Source: Lepidodermella squamata (lineage: Eukaryota > Animalia > Gastrotricha). From it: a DNA stretch of 64,000 bases. Positions 35,169 through 49,200 of the stretch are shown in pieces (position 1 is the first letter of the stretch; every line of letters starts with the position of its first letter). A program made the translations under genes and the position numbers. Under the pieces are notes generated by a model. It was not told the DNA's origin, searched no databases, and worked only from the letters and a program-made list of their open reading frames with translations. The DNA lies in assembly GCA_047495785.1 (NCBI GenBank), contig JBLDXI010000017.1, positions 1,302,001 to 1,366,000 of the forward strand, written 5' to 3'.

Positions 35169-36229
35169 TTCTCTCGCTTTTTTCCACAAAATTCAACGAC
35201 AGAATGATAAAAAGCTTCAAGCTATCTTTTTTGTCTCGTCTTGAATTAGAAATACTGCGTGCAGTTCACTCATTGATGTACGCAGCTATACGGAACTTTC
35301 GATCCGATCATAATCGATTGGCTAGTGCAGTTAGCCCGCACGGTTTGGTGCTGAATTATTTATATCGCGACAAATCAATCGTATCAACTAATGTAAGGCC
35401 ACATCGCTCTTTAGTTAACACCAAATTCAGGATCACAAAAAATCAAAGAGGCCGGTTTGAAGTAATCGTCCCGTCATTCCGATGTTCTGATTTAATCGGA
35501 AAAATGTTCTGATGTATTCAGGAAACTTCAGGGAAAAATAGAACGGACTGAATCGGTGTTAAACTGCTGTTTTCCAATATTATTTGCAGCAACCCAACCT
35601 TATGAAAAATTAATATAAGAACAAGAGGGGTCCGTGCGCTTTCTGCGAGCATTTTTTTCGTAAAGAATTGTTGAGGGAAGGTCCTGAAAAAACAACCTGA
35701 AAACCGAGAAATGTAACAAAGAATTTCCTGGTACCAATACACTGAGAGGTTCCAGTCCTTATCTTAGCGATTTTAGCAGGAAATTCTTTCGATTTTTCGC
35801 GATTTTGGCCTTTTCTTTCTCGATCCAATGATGAAGCACCCTTCGACCCTGGATTTCTTTTATAGCTGCCAGCCAGGCTCCATCAGGCTTATGTTAAAAA
35901 TGCTCAATATTGGCTTCCTGAACCGTTGACTGCTGATACGAATCATAGATTTTTAAAAAATTTTAAAATCAATCCGGAAAATCGATATCGGCTGTTCAGG
36001 CTGAATTGTGGTTGGTAAACAGATCGTCGATACGCGCAAAATGAGATCTATCTGTTCGGCTTGATAACAATAATTCGAGTGTTTTGAGACTCGAAAAATG
36101 ATATTTTGTGCTCTGGAATTCTATTATTTGCTGGAACCCTAGGACCATGCACACGCCCTACCGCCTAATATTCAAGACTTTTACCGACAAAAATAACACA
36201 CCAAAGGATAAAAAAGTAAACAAATAATT

Positions 36230-37123
36230 TTATTCCGAAGACTGCTGTTTTTCATCATTCTTATCACTAGTATTATCATCAGAAAAAACATTAGGAATAA
36301 CAAGACAATTGGGCAAACTGCCTTCCAATGTAGCCATAAACGGCTTGTTGTTCGTCACATGCGGCAAATCGTTCATAACTAACCGCTTCAAATTTTGCAG
36401 TTGATACAACGAAGCCACGCCGCGATCTGTCACCTTTTTACACCCGCTGATGTCGAGGAACCGCAACGAGTGGTAGCAATTGTGAAGTTTCGATAGGCAC
36501 CAATCGTCAACATGTTCGCAATAGCTCATGTCGAGGTATTTCAATTGAGAACACCCTATTAGGGCTGTGAAGCTTTCGTAGACTAGAGGTAGGCCTTTTA
36601 ACACAACAGCTTCGATAGATTGGCCAGGGATTATAGTTTGAGGCATTAAAGTTAACAGTTGGCTGTCAGATTTCGCGGTAATACCGAATTTTTCCCCGCC
36701 GACTGAGTACCACTTTTGCGAGGTAGAAAATTTAACAGCCCCGCCCCGGGCCACGAAAAAGTAAGCAGCGGCCAGTTCTGGACTGAGGCCCTCTATCATT
36801 TGCACGTCGAATGTATACCGTCTCACGTGATCTTTCCATTGATTACGCTCCGCCCAAGATTTGATTCCCTAAGAAAAATCGGATTTTTAAGAAGGATTTT
36901 TTCGAAATCAATACTTTTTTACCTCCAGAGAAACATCAACAGGGTGAGATAAATTTAGAACGCGCTTCCTTAATTTGAAATTATTTTCGTTATCCATGGC
37001 TATTTGGACCTTGTCCGGTTGAATGTCGGGTGGAACTTGGCGTACAACTGACGGAAACATTTCGGTCGTCTGCTTCCGACTACTGCCAGAAAGACAGCGG
37101 CAAATCAACCGAAATAACGCCAT
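36230..37123 (-). CDS. DMAC2: DMAC2 / ATP5S-like mitochondrial LRR protein (2 exons)
   Basis: Mitochondrial-targeting-like N-terminus (MALFRLICRCLSGSSRK), LAAAYFFVARGGAVKF motif, and LRRs LKYLDMSYCEHVDDWCL / LRFLDISGCKKVTDRGV. Confidence 0.75.
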
Positions 37124-37259
37124 AGTAAAAGTCTAGTTTGAAAATCAAATTTTTTAATTGAAAAAACGCTTGTCGAGTACATGATACAAGACACATGAAG
37201 AAACATGATCAGCAAGAAAAGACATTAAAAATTGCAGAAAAAATTTAGTCATTATTTTT

Positions 37260-40200
37260 TCAAATCCATGGCAACGTCGTCGGATCGACGCGGCAGAGAT
37301 TGTCAGCCGATTGCGCGGCGGCAATCAATTTTTGAATATTCGCCGAGGTCGACATGGTCGAATGAGCCGCAGCGCTGGAAGTTGATGACGTCGACGATGA
37401 CGTGTCCATCTGCGAACTGCTCGATTCAGCCACGGCGGCATTTGATGCCGATGTCGAGGATGAAACGAGGCCTAACAGCCGCGTTGTGATGTTCGACGCA
37501 GCTTTATTCATCGAATTGATAACCATTTCTGTTGTTTCGTCGCATAACCCGGTTGTAGGGTAGTCGGTCGCTTCGGCCTTAGCGACGGATGGCTCCGTAG
37601 CCTCGCCTGGGGTCGGCGTCGAGCAGAAAGGAACGCGTTGAGCAGAACTGCCGAAATTTGGCTGAGCAAATAGAGCGAGGAAAACTTCTTTGAGAAGCAG
37701 TCGAAGTGGCCCGCTGAGGCGCGAATTCGGCGGTTGGGCGAGACAACGCGCTAAGCACGTCGCTGTTGCGGTGAATGGGCCAGAAATTCCGAGATTTGAC
37801 ATGAAATCCGCCAAAACCGGGGTCATTCGGAACGGAATAGGCCTATTCGCATCAAGATTAGCTGCATAATGAAAAATCGATAAAATCACCAAATCTCAGG
37901 TTCAAAATTCATACCTGAAGCTGGGTCGATCTCAAACTGGTAGAAACACACGGAAATTGACCCGGTTTGAAGGTCGATCATCAGCATTTCCGGAGTCAAC
38001 GGGGTCAAATAGAAAATATACTCGGCCATCGACGCAACAGCCAAACTGCCCGTGAACTAAAAAAAATCGAAACAAAATTATTAAGGTGGATCTAATCATT
38101 ATTTCAAGATTCTTACCCTCTTGCGGAACAAGAAATATTGCGTTTGGTCAGCAAAGGTTGTAGTTGCCCAGTCGCGGAGGAACGATTTCGGAACCATGGC
38201 GTGAATTTCTTTCAGCAAATCTCGCATAGCCATTTGATTAGGGTGGACAGCCGTACCACTCGCCTTGCAATTTTGCATGGCAACAGCTAATCGTTCGAAA
38301 TACTTCAGCAACGGCGCGTCGGGGTCGACGCCTCGCTGCCGGCACGAAATGCGCCAAATGTCACCCAGGGACACCCATTTTGTCGGGCTTTCGACAAAAC
38401 GCCAAGACGGGGAGACGGTTAGGGTTCGGACTGATGTGAAACGAACGCCACGTCTCGCTGTTTCGCGACTTCTCAACAACTGCGGGTTCAAACAACGGCC
38501 GAGTTGCAGAATCGTGTCTTCACACCGCATTTTCGTCATATGTTCATCCTCGCCTCGAACAAGCATATAACTGAAAATCTTGCCATTCGCCGCCAGAATA
38601 TGAACTCGGCGTAGCAACTGGCCAAATCGGAAAATCACGTCTGAATGCGGTAATATCTTGACGATATGCAGGTGACTGCGGTCGCGAGTGAAAGCTCCAC
38701 CGATGCCAAGACCACCGGCTATTGAAGACGACCCGGCCGGGGCGGCGGCGGCACTCGCCACCCCGCCGTCTGACGAGTCCATCGTAATCAGCGCACCCGG
38801 AGCGGCCTCGCCCGGAATCTCCAACTCAGCCAAAACATCGGCGTTGAAAATTAAGGCGGATGGCAGGCGGCGTTTTTTCACCGCTTCGTCGTGAGCAATG
38901 AACCGCGACTCAAGGGTGACTGAGTCGATTTCTCGCAGACGCAATTCATCGTCTAGCAAACGTTGCCATTTCAAAAGAATCGAGCTCAGTGAATAAAGCG
39001 ATTCAACACTCGAGAAATCACGCTGATATTGCTCGGCTAGGTTCGGCCACAATTGCGATAGTTGTTCCTGGGCTAGAGGTGACAAAGCCGCCAAATCCCG
39101 CGCGATTTTTTCGGGTAATGGCGAAACATCCTGGCCCTTATAGGTCATGGCTAATTGATGGTGGCATTCCGTAGCCAGCTGGGTCAATTTCATGGCGAAA
39201 AGGCCAGGTTTAGGGCTGTCACGGGCGACTGGGCTCAAATTTGAGAGGAGCAGCTCAACCGCAGAGACAAAAGTCGGATGGGAGTCGTAAATCGACCGCA
39301 TAACTTGCCCGATACGGGTTAATGGCTCCGATTTCACCGCTTCCTTACCCTCCAGGACGACTTCCATCTCCTGCTGAGCAACAGGTGGTACCGGTTGGGA
39401 TGAATCATCCGGCTCGTTTTTCACGTTAGAATCAGCCATATTCGCCAGTTCAGCTACGAGATTCTCGTCAATATTCTCGCCAAGTTGCTGCTTCACGTTC
39501 AAATACGCGCTGCGAAGTGCGTAGTACATCGGTTGGGGCATAACCTGGCTGACTAGAATCGCAGTTTTCGTCAAATGCCGCCCGGATGGTTGGCGGAGTA
39601 AGCAAGTGATGAATTGCGGGATCCAGTGCGCGAATTGAGCCGGCGGGATGAGATTTGCGTAGCGCTTCGCAAAATTTTCCGTCAGCCCATTCACCGCTCG
39701 CTGGTCGTCGAAAGTCAGCAGCCAGAAGACCCGGGCGAGGAATTTCCGGCCCTTACCCGGTTTCAGGGTTCGGCACGCGTGGGCGAAGCAGCATAGCGCG
39801 TTGATCGCCAGCGCCACTTGAGACCGATCGCGTAGGTACAGCTGTTCGAGCAACTCGCCCCACTGACCCCACGCGCCGGCCATGCTGGGCGGGTCGTCGA
39901 TTTGGAAGGCGGCCGAGAAGCATTTCTGCGCCTCTTCGACCTTACCGATATGGGTCAAAAACGACCCGCGTTGGGCCAGTAACGGCGCGGTCATTTCTTT
40001 GTTGAAATACTGCATCTTGCAAGCGTCCAAAATGTCGAGACCCTCTTGGAATTCGTGTTTATTACCCGAGGCCAGGCCGAGTTGGAGGTAACACTTCAAC
40101 TGTTGCCGAATACGGCGGAAAACATCGACAACCGGAATCGTAGGAATCGTGTAAATTCGGTCTAGGACTTCGAAACAAACCGGGTAGACACCCTGTTTCC

Positions 40201-43200
40201 TCGCAATTCGGCCGAATTGAATCAACGTGTGGCAGGACTCGTGAACGCCGACGTACATCGAAACGTCTTGGACAATGGTTTGTTGTTGACTGCCGCTCGG
40301 TTGATTCGAGAATTCGTTGGAAATCAATCGGTAGTTGTGCTGGCGCCAACTGACGATGTTAGACCAGTGTTCCAGGCTTTCGGTGATGAGGGGCAAGCGG
40401 TTTTTCCATGTTTTCAGAATCGTTTTCACCGTATGTTGTTGCTCGCGGGTTCCGGGACCGTGATTCACGGCTTGAACGATCATCGGCGCTTCGTTCAGCT
40501 CGATCACCTAAAAAATAGGAGAAATTGTATAAACTTGATCGTAAATCGATAGAAATAACCCCGAAGCCCAGAATCATCATGAATCTACAATTTTTGGGCT
40601 GATGTGATGTTCATTAACTTCATTAAGGCATACTTTGGCCCCCGTTGATCGCTAAGAAATTTCGAGCTATCGAAGCTCTCGCCAAGGCGAGGATGGGGAG
40701 GAAAACCGCCCCTGAATCGTTCATTTCGTGGTTCACGGGGGTTGTTAAGACCTACAAAGCCGCGGGAGGTCTTGCCGGTGACGACGAGATAGCGTGCCTG
40801 TTCATTCGCGCTCTGTGCGATGAGCGGTATCGAGATTTCAAGCGCCAGAACTTAAGGGCAGCAACTGTGACGTTGACGCTTTTCGGGCGGAGGTCGCACA
40901 CTCCCGAACCGCTCCGCGGGGACGTCCAACGCTCTGGCAGTGCGCCCTTTGCCAAAGGCAAGGCGCACACAAGACTGCAAACACTGCGCTAAATTTTATT
41001 CTCAACTTGAGAATTTTTCATGATCATTACGTTGCATCGGTATACATGGCCGAAATCGCGAACTAGAACTCGTTTGAGCTGAAACTACATAGGCGACATA
41101 TTCAGTTTCTCCTGACGGTTTACCGGCACTCTGGTGGAATTTTGCGTAGTCTGACCGCATCGCTGGTTTGAAATCAAATACGTTTTCGAACTTTTTTGAA
41201 CGTTTGTGTTGTCCTTCAACTCGATTAAAGATACTTCTCCGACCAAAGAAAAACTGCACTTATCATCTTTAAGGTTACAGAGCTTCTGTTATCGGATATC
41301 AAGCTATTCAACTAAATAAATCATGGCTTCTGCCGTCTAGCACAACGCAACTATCAGCCGAAGTTTTCCAGGTTTACGTTCCTTGGAACGTTCGAATTCC
41401 CAAGCCCTTTACAGGCATAATTCAGTAATCTTATCATAATTTAGTACGTTACCCCTTCCGTCCTTACTATGGCTCTGCGATTTCGACAGTTCACTTTGAT
41501 ATCGGCTTTATCAAACGCCTTTCTGGTTGGCAATGCATCGATAATTCGCCTAATTTATGACACCGCTGATGATGAAATTCGCGCATCTCATGAAATGAGT
41601 CAGGCATGGTTGTCGATTTTCCCGTACGACGATCAGCAGCTATGCGCTGATCTGTGCAAAAATACCTGCAGCGAGTACTGTGATAATGGATTAGAGTTTT
41701 GTCCAATTTTGTCGTACCTGCGTGTTCTTATAAACGTTCGATTATCCATTTCCGGCCTTAACGGGTTTTTCTCCAAGACGGCTCAGGTGGAGCCTATTTG
41801 GGCGAGTCTTTTGACCTGAATGCACGATTCAATGCGCACATAAACCGCGATAGCGCTGCCATCTGCTCTGCCGGAAAACCAGCGAGGCCATACCTTTTAC
41901 TACGGCGCTATCGAAAAGCGCCCTACTCCGAAAGACCCTTTTAGACTGTTGTAGGACACAGTTCAGAGGGCAATTTGACCTCTTCAAATGAAACATCAGC
42001 AAGTAAAAAGTTGCCAAGCATGATTTGCAAGCTTTCAAAGGAAACAATCGCCAGATGCGAATTATAACATTCCATCGTTTATAACATTAAAGTTTATCAA
42101 GTTATCTGTAAAATTTGCTCAACATTTGGTACCTGTTTTTCGATATCTGTACTACATGCAGCATTTGGATTTTGCAGTTTTTTAAAGAATTGGTCTTCTT
42201 TTCTCAAATTTGTTTTTCGATGCAACTACATCTTAAAAAGTTTCATACGTAGTTTTCCTTTGCTATTCATTTGTTTGGGATAATTTGTATATTTCAGCTT
42301 ATCTGTTTCGGTTTGGAGAAAATATTAATAATTTATCCGAGCTCGGATTGGTACTTCTACATTCACAATAGAAGAATGCATCAACATCTAACAACCAATC
42401 AAATTGACGAAACAGCAGCATTTTGCTAAAATACGCGAGCCGTTATTTCGATTCGGAGATAAACTTTCCGAGTCCAGAAAATCGGCCTGCAAACTGGAAT
42501 ATAAAAACAGAACTTTGTAGCATATATTTGCTACGTTGTTCGCAATTTCTGTACCGCAATTTCCAACTGTAAGCAATCGAAAGCGAATGAAAAACTTATG
42601 GGACAGCTGGTACACAGTTTTTCGTCGTGAAGTTACCCGTTTATCTCAAATTAATATTCTATTGAAACTTGAGGCAAATATGCAACATCGGGGGCAATTT
42701 TCAAAGTGGAGGGGAACTCTCATTTATCCGCTAACGGCTGATCAGAATTATCAAATTGTGAGAGATATGATTGCTCTCGTTTTCTCGGCGAAAGAGTTGG
42801 GAGGTCTGGCAACAGAGCCCTACGCCTCGAAGACTTTGGCACTGCAAGTGCTGCCAGCTGGAATAGTGAACGACTACGAAGAAAAGGATATCGAGAAGAT
42901 CGCGGCACATTGCAAGACTGCTATGAAGGTCACGTTCGAGGATTCGATGTAACGTTGTGTCACTTTCTTGATACTTCGTATCACATAATTGTCGCCGATG
43001 TGAAGGGGAAACCTTAACAGCTCCGACTTTCAGAGTTGTCCGAACACAACGGATTTCCAAACCCTAATGGCTAATTTCTTTTCCAGACATCTCCAAATCG
43101 GGAGCCATGCAATCCGAAGTGCCCCAAGGTTCTGTACTTGGACCGCTGTTATTCGCGATATGTTTGCAACTGTATCAATAATTCTGTTCGCCGATACTGA

Positions 43201-46200
43201 AGTACTTCGCCGATCTTCAGATGCAGACTGAACACGAACTGTTGCAAAATGGCCTCGATCTTCAAATGGTTTACATCAAATGGGTTAGACATTAACAGGC
43301 CGTGTCGACGGCGTGGCGGTTACCGCCCCTGATACCTATGAATTACTCTCGGCCGAAAATACGGTGTTTTCGATGGATGATCAACTATGATCCTGACGAT
43401 TTTACAGTTTGCTGTCATTTCGGCGATTCTTGTTTTTTCCCTGCCCGTCGTGATTGTCATTTGTCTGAAGGACATCGGAAGGACATCGGAAGGACATCGG
43501 ATGAAGATCGACATGTTTATAAATTGAATATATAAGTTTATATATAAATTTCTAAAACAAATGCTGCGTTCTTCGCTTGGGTAGCTATACCTTTAAATTC
43601 TATAAATTCTAGAGTATTCTATGAACGGTAAGTTCCTTTTGTTGAATCTACTCAAGATCTTGGTGGGAAATTAAACTGGTAAGACTCACTTTGCTCATAT
43701 CATTAACAATTGTAACAGGCTATTATATGCTATAAACAGTGCTCGGACTGAGGCTAAAAGTATTCGAGTCATACATTTTACCGAATTTCGATCATTATTG
43801 TATTGTATCTTAAATCTATGAAAATGACGTTTACCAACCTGTTGAGCGGCTTGAAGAATGAGCGCATGAGCCGGCGTGACAGCGGCCGGTAATCGGCGCC
43901 AGTCTCGCATCAAAAACTGGAACGCAGCCTCGACGCATCGCTGAACAACTGACGGGGTAGCATAGGCAGGCGTGATCGCCCCAGCTGAGGATGTAGTACT
44001 CGAAGCCGCTGCTACAATCTCATCCACACTCTGCAACGACGACTGCGAGCCAGAAAGTGACAGGCAAGTATAGCCCTGGTACAGCGACGCCTTCCACTGC
44101 CACTCAGTCGGGCATGTGTTGATATCAATCCGCGTCAAATGTTCCCGCATTGACTGCCAATCAGGCAGCCGCCAGACAACATCGGCGAGCAACAGTGAAT
44201 TCGAGTCGCTGTCCGAATTTGAAAAATCTTTCAAAACCTGCCAGTGAGACAGCTGCCGGCAACAGTCGATCCACAAATCTTCCATCAACTGGCATTCGAC
44301 GACCTCATGCGAATTCATCGGGGTTTGCGCGTGTTTGTCCACCGCCTTCCGCATCGCCTGTTCGAACGTAATTCGACCCTGCTCGTACAGCCCGTACTGG
44401 TAATAAGCAACAGCATTAGCCGCCTCGGGGGTTGAGCTTTTCCCGCCACGTTGCCACAAAGCACATTTCAGGTCAATCTCCCCCAAATGGTCGTATAGCT
44501 CTGATAGGCAATTCACAGTCTCGTGGACTGAAATCGAAGCCAACGGTGACGGCCCGGTGGGAATTTGTTGAGTAGGATCGGCCGGATTGGTATCAGCCAG
44601 CGCTTGTTGTTGCTTCGCCTTTCGGCCAGTTGCCGACAGTAAAGCGGACAAACTTTCAACATTCGACTCGTGGAAAACGAGATAACGCTCAAGAGCTAGA
44701 CACGCTTCATACCACGCCCGATGCGATTTTCCGACATATTTCACGCAGAACGGTCTCAAAGCCATTGGCGGCGGTCCGGCGAGGAGACATGCCTCGAAAA
44801 TAACTTTCAACGCACTTGTTGGTAGATCGCGCTGAATTAAATGCGCCCCAGAGCATAGGAATGGCACCATTTCCGACGTCAAACCAGTTTGCTGCTTCCG
44901 GCTCAAGATCCGCCAAACTTTCGTGAATAAATCCAGCCAAACACTCGATGCGAATTGCGTATCAGCGTGGACTAGATGGTTGAGTGAGGTCAAGAATTTC
45001 CCGACATTGATCTGTTGCGATGGAGACTCGCTTTTCAATGACATGATTTGCTGTGCGGTGAAGTATGCCCCTAATGTCGAATGGGCTTTAGACAACACCG
45101 TCTCTGCTTGAGCCATTTCTAGCAATAAGCTGGATGATGATGTTGTTGAAGTCGTAGAGTCGCGTTGAGGTGGCAAGTCGACTTCCATAGCACAGCTTGG
45201 TTCGGTTTTAACCGCCAATGATGGAATTGGCGGGGGAACTGCGGCCGATAGGCTCTGAGTAGCTGGCGGCGCACTTGTACTGGCAACAGTTGTTGGACAT
45301 GGCATCAAAATATTGCTGGTTGATGGAGCCGCTGTGGTAATTTGAGGTGGAGCGGGTGGTGGAGGCGGTGGAAGTAACGACGGAACAGTCGGCCCAGTCA
45401 AATTTGTGACGACAAGAGAGTTTTTGTCAGCCACTGTAAAAGAAATTATCACAAATTTCATAGCTTCGTATTTTCAAATTAAATCGAAATTTCGAAAAAA
45501 TATTAAAAAAGAATATTTCTGATTTTAAAATTTCAAAACTTCGAATTGTTCGCACTCATCGCGTTTCTTAAATTTATTATTTTTTATTATTTATCATTTT
45601 CATTTCATTTTATTATTATTATCTTTATTATTATCTTTATTTATATTATCCACTTAAAACCACAGCGCAACACAAAACACCAATTTGCAGCAGGATAAAA
45701 TTGCAACACATAACTTATTTCTGTAACTTGTAAGTTCGATATAACAAGAAGATAGAGGATAGGGGCAGTTTTTTACGCTCAATCCGAATATGAAAACCGA
45801 AAGGGACGATTTCCAATTTTTACCCGGGTAGTACCCGGTTTTTACCCGGTTTACCCGGTACCAACGTCCCTGACATTCAAACAATTACCACGGTCGTATT
45901 CCGCGCCCGCGATAACATCTATTGGTATGCCTGAATTTTACTTGTTTCACTAATGCCAAAAACAAGGTCGTGTGTTGCAAAAATGTGTGCTGCAAAATAT
46001 TAAATTCTGTGTTGCACTTCGGTTATTTCTGTTACGCTGTGGTGGTGAGCCTATATTATCTTTATTTTATTAAATTGTTGATGATTATACATATAATTTC
46101 AAAATTTAAATTTAAATTTCGACATTTTCGGGAAATGAAAGGTAATGTAAATTTACCAGCTAAGACAAGCTCCACGCACTGTTTGACCCAGAAATGCTGG

Positions 46201-49200
46201 CCAATATTTTCCCAATTTTGACTCGACGTGATGTAGAGCATGCGTTCAACCAGCGATCTCGGAACATTCGTATCCAGCGATTCGAAAAACTTGGCCCTAA
46301 CCTCCGGATTCCGCGATTTCAGCCCACACAGGAAGGCCGGCTCAAGTTTCGCCGCAACCTCAACACCGCGATACAGATCGTCGCGATACACTTGAATAAT
46401 CACGCTGTAAAACGTCGAGCAAACTTCTTCGTCGTTCGAAAATCGCCGCTCGACATTGTTCATCAGCTTGATCAATAATGCAGTCCTTTCGCGAGGCGAT
46501 GGAACAGCACTAGCGGCAACGGCGGCTAGGGCCGATGAAGCAGATGTTCCGCTGGATGAAGCTGCCGTCGCCCGAACATTCATCCACTCCTCCACGATTT
46601 TTATTATCATTTTCATGACTTTTGGATCGGAGGTTTTTTCGATCAAGACACCGAGAATACTCGCGACGAATTCTTTTTGCGTATCCGCCGACATAGCTGA
46701 GGTCCGGCCCTTGAGTAGCTCGAGGCCAATCAAAATCAAATCAGCAGTTCCCTGGCTTGGCGAGTCAGACTGAGTGTGATCTTTCGTCAATCTCAGCAAA
46801 ACATGAACAAGACCGGGTAAAATTTTGTCGATGTAAGTCGGCGAGTGCATTCGAGCTGTTCGAACCAGGAGCAAAGTAGGGGTCAGTTGCAACAGGGTTA
46901 AAGGCTGAGCTTTCTCCAGCTTAATCAACCCATCATGAATCACCTTGGCACACGCTGCGTAAAGATGTTCCAACTCATCCCTCGGCGAATACTGCGACTG
47001 CATATTACCCGAACCGCCTGTGATGTTGACCATAGGTGGCGGTAGGTCGTAGGGTGGCCAGAATGACATGACCCGGGCTAGAACCAGGTGAACCAGCTTG
47101 ACAATGCGCAGATTTGTGCATCGAACGCAAACAGCTAGACCCATTTGAATTTGCTTCAAGCAATTCAAAACTTGTTCTCGGTTGTTCATGATTGAAATTA
47201 GGAACGCTAAAGCTTCGAGGGACGCGCAGACTGTGCTCAGGGTGTTCGCCTGGGACGATTGCTGTTGCTGTTGTGCTGGGATAGCCTGACCGGCGGCGTT
47301 TTGTTGCTGTTGTTGAGCTGAGGAAGCGCTTTCGCTCTGCAGTAAAATTCGATCCATCCATTGCAGTTGAATTTCGGGTTGAGGCCACATCTCCGGGCCT
47401 AGGACGGATTTCAATAGGCAAAGAGCTCGTTTACCCGACGCATCGAGCTGGGTAACAGCGCTATTAGCTGCCGTATTTGGAGACGTAGCTTGGTTAGCCG
47501 ACGATGAGGAAGACGTGTCAACGATTGAAGCGACTCTAATCAGAGAATTGACGATTGTATCGCATTGCGAGCGTTCCATGGGTCGTTTCGTGACAGAGGA
47601 AGATGCGCCTTAAAATACCAAAAATTATCGTATAAAAATCATGATTATTTTACAATTGTTTCATACCTGAAATGTGGCGACGTCGAAGTTCGGTTGGAAT
47701 CGATGAATCGCCGACTGAGGAGGTTGCGCCTTGGTTCAACTGGGCCGATGCAGTCGGGGTAGTTGCCCCTGCCTCAGATCCGGTAGCTTGCGGCCCTCCG
47801 ACCGTCACCATCGGTTGCGTATTCATCTCCTCCGTCAATCTCGTCTGCTCCCAGCGAATAATCACCTCGCACAAATCGATGATCAATTTCTTGTTATCAG
47901 CTGTTAGCGAGGACGATTGGTTCAAAATCCGATTCATGCCCTGGCAACACAGCTCCAAAATCTGGAATCGGACTGGGTAGTAAAGCTTCTGATGGCGGAT
48001 AACTAGGGCCAGAACATGGGCACATGCGATCGGCTGTTGCCCGTCATCGAGCAGAATTCGCTTCGTCAAATGACCGAGAAGTGTTGTAGCGTCATCACTA
48101 GCGATTCGAGCCGGCAAAGCCGGCATTAAAGTGTGAAGAGCCGAATGAACAATCGCCTTCACGTTCGCGTCAGATGTATGCGCTTTAAGCAGGCTGTTCA
48201 AAACCTGCGCGGGGAAACATAAAAATAATTAAAAAAATGCCAAAAATTAAGGAGGAATTTTCAATGATTAAAATCAATCAGTGCAAGGATGGTTTAATCA
48301 CAAATGCGAGGCAGGCCGGTTAGGGCCGTCTCTGCGAAGTCAGAATATAGCAATGATGCATGATAAAATCATGTATCCATCATTTTGATCTGAAAATTCA
48401 AGAAAAAACCGAATAAAAACCGACCTGAAGAACAATTTTCTTGTGAATAGCGAATTTCGCGATGATATGCGCCAGAAGAAGATGGCCGTAGTATTTCACC
48501 GATGGGTCGATGCAGTTTCGAGGCAGCAAACTGGGCCATGCGAAAGTCATCAAACGCCTCAGTTTGGTGCCTTGTTTCTTCGATACCGAATCGTGAATGT
48601 GACAAGGAGCACAATCGACCAGTAAACACGCCAATTGGAGCAAAGCAACCATCATTGCATCGGACAAATTTTTCAACGCATCAGGATCAATAATCTGAAA
48701 TTTTTAATTAAAAAATCGAAAAGAATTAATCGCAAAAACTACGTTATTGAGGAAGACGCTGATGATGTTGTCATCACTATCAATATCTGGCTGCGGCTTG
48801 CTGCCAATAATCGCATCAGTATTTCCGGCTTCGAAGGCATTCGCAACCGCCGGAATTATGATATTGATCACAATTCGCGATTTGAATTCTTGGCTCAGAT
48901 CATCCGAGGTGAATAGACTTGCGAATCGGAAGAACGCGCAACGCACCCAGGAAACTGGGTACGATTTGACGACAACTTCATCCACAAATTTGCGCACGTT
49001 TTGAAATTGATAGACCAGCCGAGTGTCGAAAGCTGATAGCAACTGGAAAATCAAATCGACCGATGCTTGGTGATTCGCCTCGTTTGTCACGTCCATAGAA
49101 GATGCGCGATGCACGAGTAATTTCGCGACGAAATACGGAATTCGCCAGTACGCATAGTCGTTGTTTTGATTCGAAAAAATATTCGTGAATCGCGCGACAA

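Noticed and set aside
37260-38600. Missing catalytic residues in the TRRAP PI3K-like domain as a novelty
   Set aside because: TRRAP is a well-known pseudokinase.
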